Source of the DNA: Planctomycetota bacterium
GTDB taxonomy: Bacteria; Planctomycetota; SZUA-567; H5-PLA8
DNA length: 64,000 nucleotides
NCBI GenBank assembly: GCA_038227875.1
Contig: JBBRPR010000005.1
Coordinates: 96,001-160,000 of the forward strand
Direction: 5' to 3'
Notes under the pieces: generated by a model
What the model saw: only the letters and a program-made list of their open reading frames with translations
What the model was told of the DNA's origin: nothing
The model's database searches: none
Made by a program: the position numbers and the translations under genes
Part shown: in pieces, positions 28,008 through 39,258 of the stretch
How positions within the stretch are numbered: position 1 is the first letter of the stretch
Layout of the letters: the number at the start of each line of letters is the position of its first letter

Positions 28008-28337
28008 CTACTCTATCGGCACATGCGTCCACTCGAAATCCGAGATCCAGGATTCTTCATGGCTTGCGTACTTCTGAAACGCGACAACAACCATTTCGAT
28101 TGTTAGTTCTGGATTGATTGCTTTGAAGTGATTTTTTACAGAGTCCAACTGGTACTCCAAGTCGTCTTCCGTTAGCGATGCCAGCACCCGAGGCGTGATA
28201 TCATCCCCCAATACTCTTGAGCAGACATCTATCCCGTCTTGTGGACAAATTGCGGAGAATTCGAGCGGCGGTGATAGCGCTCCACAAAGTTCTTCGCCGA
28301 GTGCGCAGAGAAGTTCGTCTCGATCTTGTTCAGTCAT
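28008..28337 (-). CDS. Small acidic hypothetical protein
   Basis: ATG 28337 lies just after the upstream stop codon; about 109 aa; no motif recognised. Confidence 0.45.
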   Translation of the reverse strand: MTEQDRDELLCALGEELCGALSPPLEFSAICPQDGIDVCSRVLGDDITPRVLASLTEDDLEYQLDSVKNHFKAINPELTIEMVVVAFQKYASHEESWISDFEWTHVPIE

Positions 28338-28344
28338 GCACTTC

Positions 28345-29067
28345 CTACACCGTCGCCGGCGGCTCGGACGGCGCAACCGGCGGCGCGGGCGTTGGTAGCG
28401 TACCCGGAGCCGCCGGGTCGGTGGGCTTCGATGGATTGTTCTTCAGCAGCAAATAGCCCAGGAACAATCCACCGGCCAATACAATGATCGCAACGATCAA
28501 CTCCGGCGACTTGCCATCGTCGAGAATGATAAAATCCTTCGATAAGTTGCGATCCAGGCTGGCGAGTTTGTCGCGGTCGGACTCCTTTAAATCGATTCCA
28601 AATCGAATCATTCCCGTGATGGTTCGTGTGGGATAAATCTCGTCCGGGTGCTCCATCAGAAAGGCCAGCGCGGCCTGCTCGTCCTTGATCTCCCTGAGCC
28701 GCTCCATCGTCTTCATCAGCGCGGGATCTTTAGTTGCGAAGAGAATCTCAATGGTTTTGCCATTGGTTTCACTCCCTGCCGCCTTGACCGGAATATACAA
28801 TTCATCAATTACTTTAGTGAACAAAACGGTTCGCACGGCGGCGTTCGGCAGATCGAGCCTACAGTCTTTCAAGGTGAGCCATTTGGCCGATGGCTTTTTT
28901 GCAAGATAGTCGCTGACCGAGATTTCCGTCGGCGAGAAATTAGTAAGCCCAGTGTAAAGCGCCTGTCCTCCACCCCAGATCAGTCCGAGGACAAGGATGA
29001 CCGCCAAACACCCGCCGCGTGATGCTCCCCGAGGTTGCAAGCGCATTGCGATTCTCCAATTCAACAT
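28345..29067 (-). CDS. Hypothetical membrane protein
   Basis: Two TM segments flanking a soluble domain, with a Pro-rich C-terminal tail. Confidence 0.7.
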   Translation of the reverse strand: MLNWRIAMRLQPRGASRGGCLAVILVLGLIWGGGQALYTGLTNFSPTEISVSDYLAKKPSAKWLTLKDCRLDLPNAAVRTVLFTKVIDELYIPVKAAGSETNGKTIEILFATKDPALMKTMERLREIKDEQAALAFLMEHPDEIYPTRTITGMIRFGIDLKESDRDKLASLDRNLSKDFIILDDGKSPELIVAIIVLAGGLFLGYLLLKNNPSKPTDPAAPGTLPTPAPPVAPSEPPATV

Positions 29068-29159
29068 GCAGGTATTAAAATAATATAAAACCTGTTAACA
29101 CGAATCGCTGCGGCCGCAATGGGTAAATAAATAGTATTCGTTCTAACCGATCGACATCA

Positions 29160-30338
29160 TCACTTCCCCCGCTGCGTCACCGCAATCACCCCTTCATACA
29201 ACCCCACGTGATCGGTCGCCCACTTCTCCTGCTTCGTCTGTAAATCCTTGACGTCGTGGTTGACCGAAGCGGCTTCCAGTTCGCGGGACATGTAGAAATC
29301 GTCTTTCTTCCATTCGTAGTCGCGGGGCGGCTGGGATTTATTGGCAATCTTGATGATCTCGGCGTAGGCCTCGATCAGGCCCGCGCGGGCCATCGCGTAG
29401 TACCAGACTTTTGGAGCGACTTTGACGTAGACGCAGAAAAATGGCTGCTGCTGCGCGAAGTATCGTCGGCGGAACTGGTACGCGGTGCCGACGGGTTTCT
29501 CCGCAAGCGTCGCCTCGTTCGGGGATTTCACTTTTTTCCATTCGGTGGCGGAGAGGTCCAGATTGAACTTCACCTTTCCGCCCTTCACGGCTTTCTTCTT
29601 TTCGGGAGTAAGCTCCTTTTCAAGCTCCGTGGCCCACGCGAGCAGACTTTTGTATTCCACATTCCGGTCGTCGTCGGCGTGCCAGTAACCGATCAGCGCG
29701 CCGGCTTTTTTGCCCGAGCTTTCGAACACGAGGTAATCGCCTGCGCCGTTGGTGAAGATCGGCAGCCACGTTTTGGTGTACGGCTGCTCCAGATCGGCCT
29801 TCGGATTGGAGAGAAATTTCCACGCGTCGAGCGCTTCGGCCGCGGACATGGGCGTGCGATTGTCGTCTTGCGAAAGACTCTCGACTTTGGATTGTCCATC
29901 GTGCCAGCGGAAGAAGGCAACCAGGTCCGGCGGGAGCACGCCGCCGCCGAACGCATCGGCCAGAGCCTTCAACGCCGCATCGCTCGCGCCGGGTTTTAGC
30001 ACCGCGAGCGCTTCCGGATTGTCGTCCTTCAAGAGCACGTCGATGCGCGCGAGTTTCGCGCTCAGCGCATCCGACGTCGCTGGCGCTTTCGCTGCCGGAA
30101 CCGACTTTTCTGCGGGAACTGTAGCCTCGCCGCCTGACGCCTGCGCGTAGCCCTTTTTCGTTTTCTCTTTGATCAACGCCTCGTACGCCGCCTTCGCTTC
30201 CGCCGCATTCTTGAAGGTCTTTGAGGTGGATTGCCCCGCTGCTCCAATTCGACCGTAATGCGTGACGACTTCCGTATCCTTGAGCGTAATTTCCCAGAAC
30301 TTGTGGTGCGACCCTTCCGAGAATTCATAGCGCGGCAT
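29160..30338 (-). CDS. WGR domain plus SMI1/KNR4 (SUKH) domain protein
   Basis: N-terminal KFWEI...HYGRIG...LIKEKTKKGY (WGR). Central LKPGASD...LPPDLVAFFRWHDG...WLPIFTNGAGDYLV (SUKH). Confidence 0.85.
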   Translation of the reverse strand: MPRYEFSEGSHHKFWEITLKDTEVVTHYGRIGAAGQSTSKTFKNAAEAKAAYEALIKEKTKKGYAQASGGEATVPAEKSVPAAKAPATSDALSAKLARIDVLLKDDNPEALAVLKPGASDAALKALADAFGGGVLPPDLVAFFRWHDGQSKVESLSQDDNRTPMSAAEALDAWKFLSNPKADLEQPYTKTWLPIFTNGAGDYLVFESSGKKAGALIGYWHADDDRNVEYKSLLAWATELEKELTPEKKKAVKGGKVKFNLDLSATEWKKVKSPNEATLAEKPVGTAYQFRRRYFAQQQPFFCVYVKVAPKVWYYAMARAGLIEAYAEIIKIANKSQPPRDYEWKKDDFYMSRELEAASVNHDVKDLQTKQEKWATDHVGLYEGVIAVTQRGK

Positions 30339-30452
30339 AGGTGCTCCTTTTCAAGAGTTCAGAATAGCGACACATCTGCGTGGGAACGGGGTAGAATGTA
30401 GGGCGCGCGCCCGCTTTTTCCACTGCGCGCATTCGTCCCGGAGACAAGAACC

Positions 30453-32473
30453 GTGAAGCAACCGCTCCTGCCCCTTTTAGCGTTCCTGGCGCTCGCCAGC
30501 GCGGCATTCAGCACTTCCGCGCATTCCGGCGAAGCTCCGGCTGCGCCAGACGTGCTTGGCATGCGCGTGTACACGCAGGAACTCACGCTCGTCTTTGCGA
30601 CGCCGGAGGACGCGGCCAAGGCAACGCTCACGGCCAGCCCGGTTTTCGATGGCAAGAAGTGGGCCTTCTCAGCGCGCTGGGACGACAACAACGCGAATCA
30701 CGAACACATGCACGCAGCGATGGCCAAGCATGGGTTGAAAGGCACGTTCTATCTCAACCAGACCGGCGCGGCGGATGCCAAAGGAGTCTTCCAGTTCGGC
30801 GCGGATTTCGCGCGGAAATTGTCGGCCGACGGATTCAGTATCGGCTCGCACGCGCAGACACATCCGCTGCTGACTACGCAGACGGCCAACGAGATTTTCT
30901 ACGAAGTGCTGGCCAATCGCATCGAACGCGAACGGCAGACGAGCCACCCGATCAACACATTCGCGTTTCCGTTTGGCAACTACAGCGCGGTGATGAATCC
31001 AAACATGCAAGCCGTGATCACCCAGGTCTTCGTCCGCTCGGGTCTCCACAACACGCCGTACGCCGGCTTCGTGCAGCACAATCCGGGGCTGAAGCCCTTC
31101 GAGATCTCGACGACGTTCCAGGTCGAACCCGGCGACCGTGAAGTCAAGGCCGACGACTTCGACAAGAAAATGGACGCGGTGCTGCACAACAAAAATTCGC
31201 GGACCTGCACTGCATCAATCTCGGCGTGCATGTCTGGCAATCCGGAAAGGCCTGGGACGATCTCGATGGCGTATTCAAGAAGTACGCGAACCGGTCCGAC
31301 TTCTGGTATTGCAACATGACCCAGTTTGCCGCGTACGAGCGGCAGTTCCGATTTTGCCGCATCGAAGCTCAAGCGGCGGCCGGGGCTGAACGCACTTTCC
31401 ACATCACACGTCCGATCGCGGCGGAGGTCGGCGACGACACGCCGCTGACGCTCATCCTCGATGGCGCACCACTGAAGGACGTTCGCGCCACCGAATTCGT
31501 TTGCGAGCACCACGACGCGGAAGGCAAAACGATCCTGAACGCCGCGCACTCCGACGCTCAGAAAATTCCGGTCAAGATCGGCGCAGTGGACAATCCGGAC
31601 AATGCAGCCACGCCGGCGAAGTCCGAAAAAATCGCGGAACTGCCGGACCTGCAGGCCTGGTGTTACGCGGATCTGCAGACCAAGGAGCTCGTGCTCTCAC
31701 TGGAGAACTCGGGCACGGCGCCGCTCGCCGACGTGCGCGCGACGCTACGGTTTCCGCCGGTGTACGCGGACGGTGTGCGGCGCATCGAACTTCCCGGTCT
31801 CCCCGCCGGAGAGAAGAAAACCTGGCGCTGGCCGCTCGGCGAGGAACGCACGGAATCCGCGCTGCACGATGGCCGGCCGTACTTCGTCGCGGAGCTCGAT
31901 TTTCGGGCGGGCACCGAACCACAACGGTTGTTCGCGACGACGCGGCTGCCGGAAGCGCTCTCGCCGCAGCGCGCCTGCTTCCGCGACGCGGTGCGAATGT
32001 TCGGTCCGGTCGATCAGAACGTCGACCTTGCGCCGCTGCAGAAAATATCGGCAGCCGACGCAACACTGGACGATCTGGCCGCGACACCGGACAAGAAATG
32101 GTTCGCCAATTCCGCCGACGATCACCTCAAGCTGGACAGCGAATGCGCGTCGCTCTACCGCACGGACAAGTCCTGGCGCGATGCGATCGCGCCGTTCGCC
32201 GTGAAGCCCAAATGGCGCTTCGCGGTCACAGCCGATTTCACGCTCGCGCAAGCCACGGCGTTGAAGCTGACCGTCGATCCGCGCGCGAAGGCGCAGTCCA
32301 TTTATCTCAACGGTCACCTTATGGCCGCCGCCGAAAAAATCGAGGGCGCGACCGCCGGCGCGAACCGGATCATCGTCGTCATCGAAACGGCCGATGGCCG
32401 GGGCGCAACGCCGCTGCGCGTACGCGTGGAACCCGCTGCCGGCACGCTGGAGTACAAAACGCTTCGGCCATAG
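30453..32473 (+). pseudogene. Secreted polysaccharide deacetylase (CE4/NodB-like) with C-terminal beta-rich domains, split by a -1 frameshift near 31191-31195 (possibly a sequencing error)
   Basis: ORF 30453-31319 carries RWDD, GSHAQTHP and FAFPFG. Adding one A to the A5 run gives ...HNKKFADLHCINLGVHVWQ, which joins ORF 31226-32473 into about 673 aa. Confidence 0.75.
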
Positions 32474-32658
32474 CGCGACGGTCCATCGACTTTGTGCATT
32501 TCACGAATGTCAATTGTGGGAAATTCCCGCGATCCGATTCCTGTTTTTAAGAAAGCATGTTTGAATCACTAAAAAATTGGATACTTGTTCCAAGCGAAGT
32601 TAATCTGGTCCCACAAAATTTGTGGCAATCAATACGCTGACACCTTGGGCCAGCATCC

Positions 32659-34740
32659 GTGTTGAACAATTCTCAATCCGTTGAACAACTGACCGCGGAA
32701 AACACTGAACTGCGCCGCCGCATCGCGGAACTGGAACGCGCAGCCGGGGCGTGCAGCCGAGTCGATGCCGAACTGCAGAACGCGGCGTTCCTGCAGAATA
32801 TCATCGACTCGTCGATCGATCACATCTTCGTCAAAGACCTGACGCTCCGCACCATTCTCTGCAACGCCGCTTTTTCCAGGTCGCTGGGGAAAAGCTGCGC
32901 GGAGATCTACGGCAAGACCGATATTGAAGTCGGCTGGGATCCCGAACTGGTCAAGGGCAACCCGGAGAAGGGCATCCGCGGATTTGAGGCCGATGACCGC
33001 GAGGTCTTGAGCGGCAAAGTCTTGCGGATCGCCAGCGAACCGGTCAATGTCCTCGGCGAAATCCGCTATTTCAACACAACCAAAATTCCCCTGCGAAACG
33101 TTCAGAACGAGATCATCGGCGTGCTGGGCATCGCGCGGGACATCACCGAACGCAAACGGGTCGAAGAAGCGCTGTACAGCAGCGAGGAACGGCTCAGCCA
33201 CGCGGTGAAACTCGCCGGGCTGGGCATCTGGGATTGGGATGTCGCGACGGACAAAACCGTCTGGAACGACGAGATGCTGCGTATCTATGGCATCACCGCC
33301 GAACAATTCACCGGCAAAGGCACCGACTACATCAATTTCACGCGGGCCGACTACCTTGAAAAGCAGCACGCCAATATCCGCGCCGTTTTCGAGAACGGCG
33401 TGACCGAAGCCGAGCTGCTCGCCGGCAAGCGCACTCGTTTCGAGCCGAAGGAACTCTGCATCGTTCGCCCGGATGGAACCGAGTGCTTCACCTTCGGTGA
33501 TGCCGTGGCGATCGTGGACGAGCACCGCAAACCCGTCCGCCTGCTGGGCGTCACGATCGACATGACCGAGCGCAAACTTCTGGAGGAGGAGCTGCGGCAG
33601 GCCCATAAAATGGATGCCATCGGCCAGCTGGCCAGCGGCATCGCCCACGATTTCAACAATCAGCTCAACGTGATCCTCGGATTCAGTGAACTCCTGCTGA
33701 ACAAGTCGAATGATTCGGAAGTCCGGAATTGCGCCTCTCAGATCGTGGCCAGCGCCACCTGTTCGGCCGATCTGGTGCGACAGCTGCTCGCGTTTTCGCG
33801 CAAGGGCCCGTATCTCACCCGGCTCGTTGAACTCGATGCACTGATCCAGGAAACCCTGACCGTGCTCAGCCGCACGCTGGACCGGAAAATTGCGCTCTCC
33901 TGCAAACTGTGCAGCCACGCCAGGCTGCTCGCCGATTCCAGTCTCCTCACCAACGCCTTTCTCAACGTCGCCCTGAACGCACGCGACGCCATGCCGCACG
34001 GCGGCACGCTCCACTTCGCGACGCAATCCGTGACATTGGGAGAATCCGAACTGCGTCAGCTCGGCGCCGACGCCAAGCCCGGTCCCTACGCGCTGATCAC
34101 CATCGCCGATACCGGGCAGGGCATGTCCGCGGAAATTCAACGCCACATTTTCGAGCCGTTCTTCACCACCAAGCAGGCGAACCATGGCACTGGACTGGGA
34201 CTGGCCGCGGTCTACGGCACAGTCAAACGCCACGGCGGCGCCATCCGCGTGGAAAGCAGCGTTGGGAACGGAACGACGTTCTCGCTCTATTTCCCACAGG
34301 CGCCGCAATCGGCATCGGAAGCGCTCAGGCCCGCGCTCGAATCCACTCCGCCCCGCGCCGATACCAATAGAGCCGCCAATCGAATCCTCGTCGTCGAAGA
34401 TGAACGTTCAATCCGACAATTGCTCTCCGATTCGCTGAGCGAACTGGGATACACCATTGTATGCCGGGAGAACGGCGCGGCCGCCGCGGAGTACTACCGC
34501 GAACAGTGGCACGCCGTCGATCTGGTGATCATGGATATGAACATGCCCGTCATGGATGGCGCGCAGGCGCTCAGTCATATGCGCCAAATCAACCCCGAAG
34601 TTTGCGCGCTCATCATCTCCGGCTACGGCGATGAAGAACGCATCAAGGCCCTTCTCCGGCCCGGCCGCGTCAACTTCCAGGCCAAACCTTTCCGCATGGA
34701 AAATCTGAACGCGCACATCAACCAGTTACTGCGGGTGTGA
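32659..34740 (+). CDS. PAS/PAC hybrid sensor histidine kinase with receiver domain
   Basis: Two PAS/PAC units, H-box AHDFNN, NARDAM, DTGQG, FFTTK, GTGLGL, and a C-terminal REC (VIMDMNMP). Confidence 0.93.
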   Translation: MLNNSQSVEQLTAENTELRRRIAELERAAGACSRVDAELQNAAFLQNIIDSSIDHIFVKDLTLRTILCNAAFSRSLGKSCAEIYGKTDIEVGWDPELVKGNPEKGIRGFEADDREVLSGKVLRIASEPVNVLGEIRYFNTTKIPLRNVQNEIIGVLGIARDITERKRVEEALYSSEERLSHAVKLAGLGIWDWDVATDKTVWNDEMLRIYGITAEQFTGKGTDYINFTRADYLEKQHANIRAVFENGVTEAELLAGKRTRFEPKELCIVRPDGTECFTFGDAVAIVDEHRKPVRLLGVTIDMTERKLLEEELRQAHKMDAIGQLASGIAHDFNNQLNVILGFSELLLNKSNDSEVRNCASQIVASATCSADLVRQLLAFSRKGPYLTRLVELDALIQETLTVLSRTLDRKIALSCKLCSHARLLADSSLLTNAFLNVALNARDAMPHGGTLHFATQSVTLGESELRQLGADAKPGPYALITIADTGQGMSAEIQRHIFEPFFTTKQANHGTGLGLAAVYGTVKRHGGAIRVESSVGNGTTFSLYFPQAPQSASEALRPALESTPPRADTNRAANRILVVEDERSIRQLLSDSLSELGYTIVCRENGAAAAEYYREQWHAVDLVIMDMNMPVMDGAQALSHMRQINPEVCALIISGYGDEERIKALLRPGRVNFQAKPFRMENLNAHINQLLRV

Positions 34741-34761
34741 CCGCGCATCGAGAAAAGACTC

Positions 34762-34799
34762 GAAAAATAATCAGCGCGGCCGTCTTCGGCCGCGCTGAT
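34762..34799 (-). terminator. Rho-independent terminator (possibly bidirectional)
   Basis: ATCAGCGCGGCCG-TCTT-CGGCCGCGCTGAT at 34770-34799, followed on the - strand by TATTTTT; lies between convergent genes. Confidence 0.8.
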
Positions 34800-34834
34800 C
34801 TTCTCCATCTGATTCTTGGCTTACGCGATCATGA

Positions 34835-36943
34835 TTAGAAACTCTTCAGGTCCTCATCGCTGAGCATCACGACGCTCTGCGCTTTGGCGTGCGTTCCGTT
34901 TCGGCCATTCGAAACGTGTTTTGCGTTGGCGCCCTTTGTTCCATTCGTGTTGGAGCGTTTCTGAAGCCCCTGCACGCGGTTGATTCCCTGGACGACGCGC
35001 GTGTCCACCGTGGCGATGCGGATTTCGTGCCGCGACGGAACGATTTCGACTTGCCGCACCGCCTGCGTGCCGCTGGTGCGAACCAGAGCCACGAGGTCGT
35101 TGACCATGTCCTGCAGCACCCGCGCCTGCGACGACAGCTCTTCGCTGGCGGCCGCGGATTCCTCCGCGACGGCGGCGTTGGACTGTGTCACCTTGTCCAT
35201 TTCGTTGACCGCAATGTTGATCTGCTCCACACCCTTGGACTGTTCGGCGTTCGCCAAAGCGACTTCGACGATCAGCTGCTTTACGTTTTTCGTCGCCTCC
35301 ACTGTCGTCTCAAAAGTCTTTGCGATCTCCGTCTCGATGGCGTGCTTCAGCGTCGCGGCCACTTCTGCTGAGACCTTTACTCCGTGCTCCGCGTTGCGCT
35401 GCGATTCTTCGATCAGCGCGGCGGTATTGCGTGCGGCCTCGGCCGAACGCTGGGCCAGCGTGCGCACCTCTTCGGCGACGACTGCGAAGCCCTTGCCCGA
35501 TTCCCCGGCCCGCGCGGCCTCGACGGCCGCATTCAGCGCCAGCAAGTTGGTCTGGAAGGCAATCTCATCGATGGTCTTGACGATCTTTGCCGTCTGATCG
35601 GTGGAATTCTTGATCTGCTGGATCGCGGCAGTCATGCCGGCGATCTGCTTGCTGATATCCGCGCCCATTCGTTGCGTATTGCTCTGCCCGGCTTCCGCCG
35701 CGCTGCTGGCCTGATCGGAAAGTATGCGCGCCTGCTCGGCGCTGGCGGCGTTCTGCCGCGTGGCCGACGACATTTCCACCATCGACGCCGAGGTTTCTTC
35801 CAGGCTCGACGCCTGCTCGCTGGAACCGGAGGCCAGTGTCTGGCTGGCCTGCGACACTTCCGTCGATGCCGAGGCGACCTGCCGGGACGTCTCGGTCAGG
35901 TTCTCGATGATCTTTTCCAACGCGCGGTTGATGCGGCGGGTGATGAACACCGCCAGCACCGTGCCGATCAGGATCGACAAGGCCGTGCCGCCAATCGTCA
36001 GCGACGACGACCCCTGCAGGCTGTCGCGGGAGGTTCCGCTGTCGGCGTCGGCCATGGCGGTGAAGTCGTTCGAGACGGCGTCGGCAAGCGCCAGCACCTT
36101 GTCGCCGCTCTCGTTGCGAATTTTGCTCGCTTCTACCAGGCCCTCCAGGGATTTTTTCATGGCCGTCATTTCATTTTTGGAAGTGGCCGCGAGTTCCAGC
36201 ATCGACTCGCAGCGCTTCTTGTCGTCAGGGACGTTAGAGATGTCGCGTGCGCGCGTCAGTTTCGCCAGCAGTTCCTCGTGATCCTTCATCGCGCTTTCCA
36301 GCGGCGGCAGCTTGCGGGTCTGCTTGGCCTGGGAGAGCGCCGCGATGTTCCGGAACTGCAGCGCGACGATGGAGTTCATCAGGTCCGACTTTTCAAAATG
36401 TTGCAGGATGCGCGCCTCCTCCGCCTTCTGCTGAATTTCAGAAATCGCGTTTTCTTTCTGGGAGGTGAAATACGCTGCTGCCAGTTTCAAAAACTGATCG
36501 GAATTCTTATTCATTCCGGCCAATTGCGCATCCAGCTCCTGCACGCGCTCCTGGGTCTTCGCCACGCCATTCTGCCATGTCGTCAGCGGCTCATGGACGG
36601 TCGTAATGAACTCTTTGAGCCTGACCAGTTCCGGATATTTCACCGTCAGCGCCTCAATCGCATCGAGTGTTCTTTGCTGCTTTTCCCGGGCGGCCCGGAT
36701 CGCGTCGAGGAACTTCGGATCGCCGCTCAAACCATACGCGCGGGTTTCCAGTCTGCAGCGGAGTACATTGCCCATCATGTCGGTGAGCAGATCGAGCGCG
36801 GGCATGGTTTTGTCCGCCATGATCTTGGCACGATCGGAGGCCGAACGCATCGACGTCACCGCGATGATCCCGATGATCAGGCTGAGTAACAGGGTCATTG
36901 CGAACCCTGTCGTGATCTGCCGTTTGATTGTCCAATTTTTCAT
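34835..36943 (-). CDS. Methyl-accepting chemotaxis protein
   Basis: Two TMs flanking a helical sensor domain; hairpin motif [34 protein letters not shown]. Start taken at ATG 36943. Confidence 0.95.
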   Translation of the reverse strand: MKNWTIKRQITTGFAMTLLLSLIIGIIAVTSMRSASDRAKIMADKTMPALDLLTDMMGNVLRCRLETRAYGLSGDPKFLDAIRAAREKQQRTLDAIEALTVKYPELVRLKEFITTVHEPLTTWQNGVAKTQERVQELDAQLAGMNKNSDQFLKLAAAYFTSQKENAISEIQQKAEEARILQHFEKSDLMNSIVALQFRNIAALSQAKQTRKLPPLESAMKDHEELLAKLTRARDISNVPDDKKRCESMLELAATSKNEMTAMKKSLEGLVEASKIRNESGDKVLALADAVSNDFTAMADADSGTSRDSLQGSSSLTIGGTALSILIGTVLAVFITRRINRALEKIIENLTETSRQVASASTEVSQASQTLASGSSEQASSLEETSASMVEMSSATRQNAASAEQARILSDQASSAAEAGQSNTQRMGADISKQIAGMTAAIQQIKNSTDQTAKIVKTIDEIAFQTNLLALNAAVEAARAGESGKGFAVVAEEVRTLAQRSAEAARNTAALIEESQRNAEHGVKVSAEVAATLKHAIETEIAKTFETTVEATKNVKQLIVEVALANAEQSKGVEQINIAVNEMDKVTQSNAAVAEESAAASEELSSQARVLQDMVNDLVALVRTSGTQAVRQVEIVPSRHEIRIATVDTRVVQGINRVQGLQKRSNTNGTKGANAKHVSNGRNGTHAKAQSVVMLSDEDLKSF

Positions 36944-37153
36944 CGCCATCTCCATTTTCAATAATCGGGTTCCCATCTCGCGAGGGATGGAGTGGCATTA
37001 TCCGTGCCAGAATTGAATCGGGAAAATTCGGCAATCCGGCCGGGTATTTCGGAAATGGATACCGGAAAAGTGCTCCAGAAACGTACAAAATACATGTTGA
37101 ATCAACGCGCGTTCTGACTTTCGTTCAGACGGCAAAAGTTGCCGTTTATCGCA

Positions 37154-38014
37154 TTATTTCAAAACCGGCGCCGATTCTCGAAATTGAGAAGGCGTTTTAC
37201 CCATCTGCTTGCGGAAGATGCGGCAGAAGTGATTGGGACAGACAAATCCGCACGCGTACGCAATCTCCTTTACCGTCAACGCGCTGGCCGTAAGCAACCG
37301 CGTCGCGCGTTCCACGCGCAGTTGCTGAAAGCGCTCCGCCGGCCCGATCTTGCGGTGTCGCATGTAAAGCCGCGTCAGCTGGCTGCGCGACAAGCCGACG
37401 TGCTCCGCCACCGCCGCGACATCGATGCCCGGCGCCAGCGAATCGCGCATGAAACCATCGGCCAGTTCCAGGCGGCTTTCGCCGGACACTTCTTTTTCGC
37501 CGACCGAAACGCGTTCCGTTTGTGAGAGTGCGGCGAGCATCGACCACAGTTCCGCCAGCAATCGCGCACCTTTTTGCGGACCGCGCTCCGCTTGGATGCG
37601 CCGCAGCGCCAGCGCGTGCGCCCGCATCGCCGCGGGCGGCAGGCTGAACGCCAGCTGTCCGCCGAAGGACTCCAGGTAATGCTCCAACGCGCTGTTGCGC
37701 TTGAAACGCATGTCCACGAAGTCCACGCGCGGCGCATCCGGATCCTGCGAGACGCGGTGCTTCAAGTTCGCCGCCAGCGCGCAGACACCTCCCGCCTTCA
37801 ACTCAAACGAACGCGATTGCAGATGCACGCCCATCGATCCCTGCACGATCCAGATCATCTGCATCTCGGGGTGGGAGTGCGACTGGTTCGGGCGAACCGT
37901 GTTCCATTCTGCTTCTGTCACAAACGTGACCGAAAGTTCCGGCACCGCAATGGAGTAGAGCGCAAAGCGCCCATGAGGCCCAACCGCCTGCATTGTCATC
38001 GTCTTGCACCCCAT
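37154..38014 (-). CDS. AraC-family transcriptional regulator
   Basis: Cupin motif HSHPEMQ; C-terminal HTH VKEIAYACGF...HFCRIFRKQMGKTPSQFR. Confidence 0.9.
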   Translation of the reverse strand: MGCKTMTMQAVGPHGRFALYSIAVPELSVTFVTEAEWNTVRPNQSHSHPEMQMIWIVQGSMGVHLQSRSFELKAGGVCALAANLKHRVSQDPDAPRVDFVDMRFKRNSALEHYLESFGGQLAFSLPPAAMRAHALALRRIQAERGPQKGARLLAELWSMLAALSQTERVSVGEKEVSGESRLELADGFMRDSLAPGIDVAAVAEHVGLSRSQLTRLYMRHRKIGPAERFQQLRVERATRLLTASALTVKEIAYACGFVCPNHFCRIFRKQMGKTPSQFRESAPVLK

Positions 38015-38128
38015 GCGTCATATGGATAGTAAATGCGACACCTGTCGCGTTGCGCGGATACCATTCTATATGGGATACTGCTCTCCGAACAGAAGAGATT
38101 ATCACTCCCACAGATAGCGAGGAATACC

Positions 38129-39217
38129 ATGCAGACGACGCTCAATCCCGCATCGCAATCCGCACCGAAGCCGGCGCAGGCCGTCCGCGTGGTCGACTGC
38201 GACGTGCACTGCCACATCGGCGTCAACGCCATCCGCGAGTATCTCCCCGAGCCCTGGCGTTCGCTGGGCGTCAGCACTCCCGGCCACATGGGCTACCAGA
38301 ATCCCGTCGGCGTCACGCGCCGCGACACCATCGAAGCCGATGGTATCTGCGCCGCTGCCAAGCCCGCTGGTATCGGCCGCATGCTGCTCGATCCCTATGG
38401 CATTGACATCGCCATCCTCACCGGCGACATGTATTCCGTCTGCATCCATCCCGACCCCGACGTCGCCTGCGCCCTCAGCACTGCCTACAACGACTACATG
38501 ATCGCAAACTGGCTGAATAAGGATCCGCGCTTCCGTTTGGCGATGGTCGTGCCGACGCAGGATCCGCTCTACGCCGCGCGCGAAATCGAACGCATCGGCG
38601 CGCATCCCGGCATCGTGGAAGTCATCGTCGCCTCCGCCTCCCCCGCCCCGTTCGGCCAGCGCCAGTTCCATCCCATCTATGCCGCCTGCGAGAAGATGGG
38701 TCTCCCCCTGGCCATGCACCCCGGGTTCGAAGGCTGCGGCACCTCCGCCGGCCCCACTGCTGCCGGACATCCGACGCGCTACATCGAATGGCACTCCGGT
38801 CTGCCGGCCACCTTTCAGGCCCACGTCATCAGCATGGTCACCGAAGGCGTCTTCCAGAAATTTCCGAAGCTCAAAGTCGTCCTGGTGGAAGGCGGCGTCT
38901 CGTGGCTCGTGCCCTTGATGTGGCGACTCGACAAAAACTGGAAGGCCCTGCGCCTCACCGTGCCGTGGCTCGATCGCCTGCCCAGCGAAGTGATCCAGGA
39001 ACACTTCCTGATTACGACGCAGCCGATCGAAGAGCCGCAGAACCAGGCGCACTTGAAGCAACTCTTCTCCATGTTCGACGCCGAACGAATGCTGCTGTTC
39101 TCGTCCGACTTTCCGCATTGGGACGGCGACACGCCGGATTTCGCGCTGCGCGGGTTCTCGGAGTCGTTCAAGCAGCGCGTCTGGTCGGGAAATGCCGTGG
39201 AGCTTTTCGGACTTTAA
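38129..39217 (+). CDS. Amidohydrolase-2-fold protein, probable amidohydrolase-related dinuclear oxygenase
   Basis: VVDCDVH, MHPG, VEGG, TQPIEEP, SSDFPHWD; GAGG RBS before ATG 38129. Confidence 0.8.
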   Translation: MQTTLNPASQSAPKPAQAVRVVDCDVHCHIGVNAIREYLPEPWRSLGVSTPGHMGYQNPVGVTRRDTIEADGICAAAKPAGIGRMLLDPYGIDIAILTGDMYSVCIHPDPDVACALSTAYNDYMIANWLNKDPRFRLAMVVPTQDPLYAAREIERIGAHPGIVEVIVASASPAPFGQRQFHPIYAACEKMGLPLAMHPGFEGCGTSAGPTAAGHPTRYIEWHSGLPATFQAHVISMVTEGVFQKFPKLKVVLVEGGVSWLVPLMWRLDKNWKALRLTVPWLDRLPSEVIQEHFLITTQPIEEPQNQAHLKQLFSMFDAERMLLFSSDFPHWDGDTPDFALRGFSESFKQRVWSGNAVELFGL

Positions 39218-39258
39218 GAATCTTCTGACTCGCTTTCATTTCTGCCTGGAGATCGCTC

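Noticed and set aside
32611..32625. Palindrome CCACAAA-A-TTTGTGG upstream of the hybrid kinase
   Set aside because: A single short instance with no regulator to assign; too weak to call an operator.
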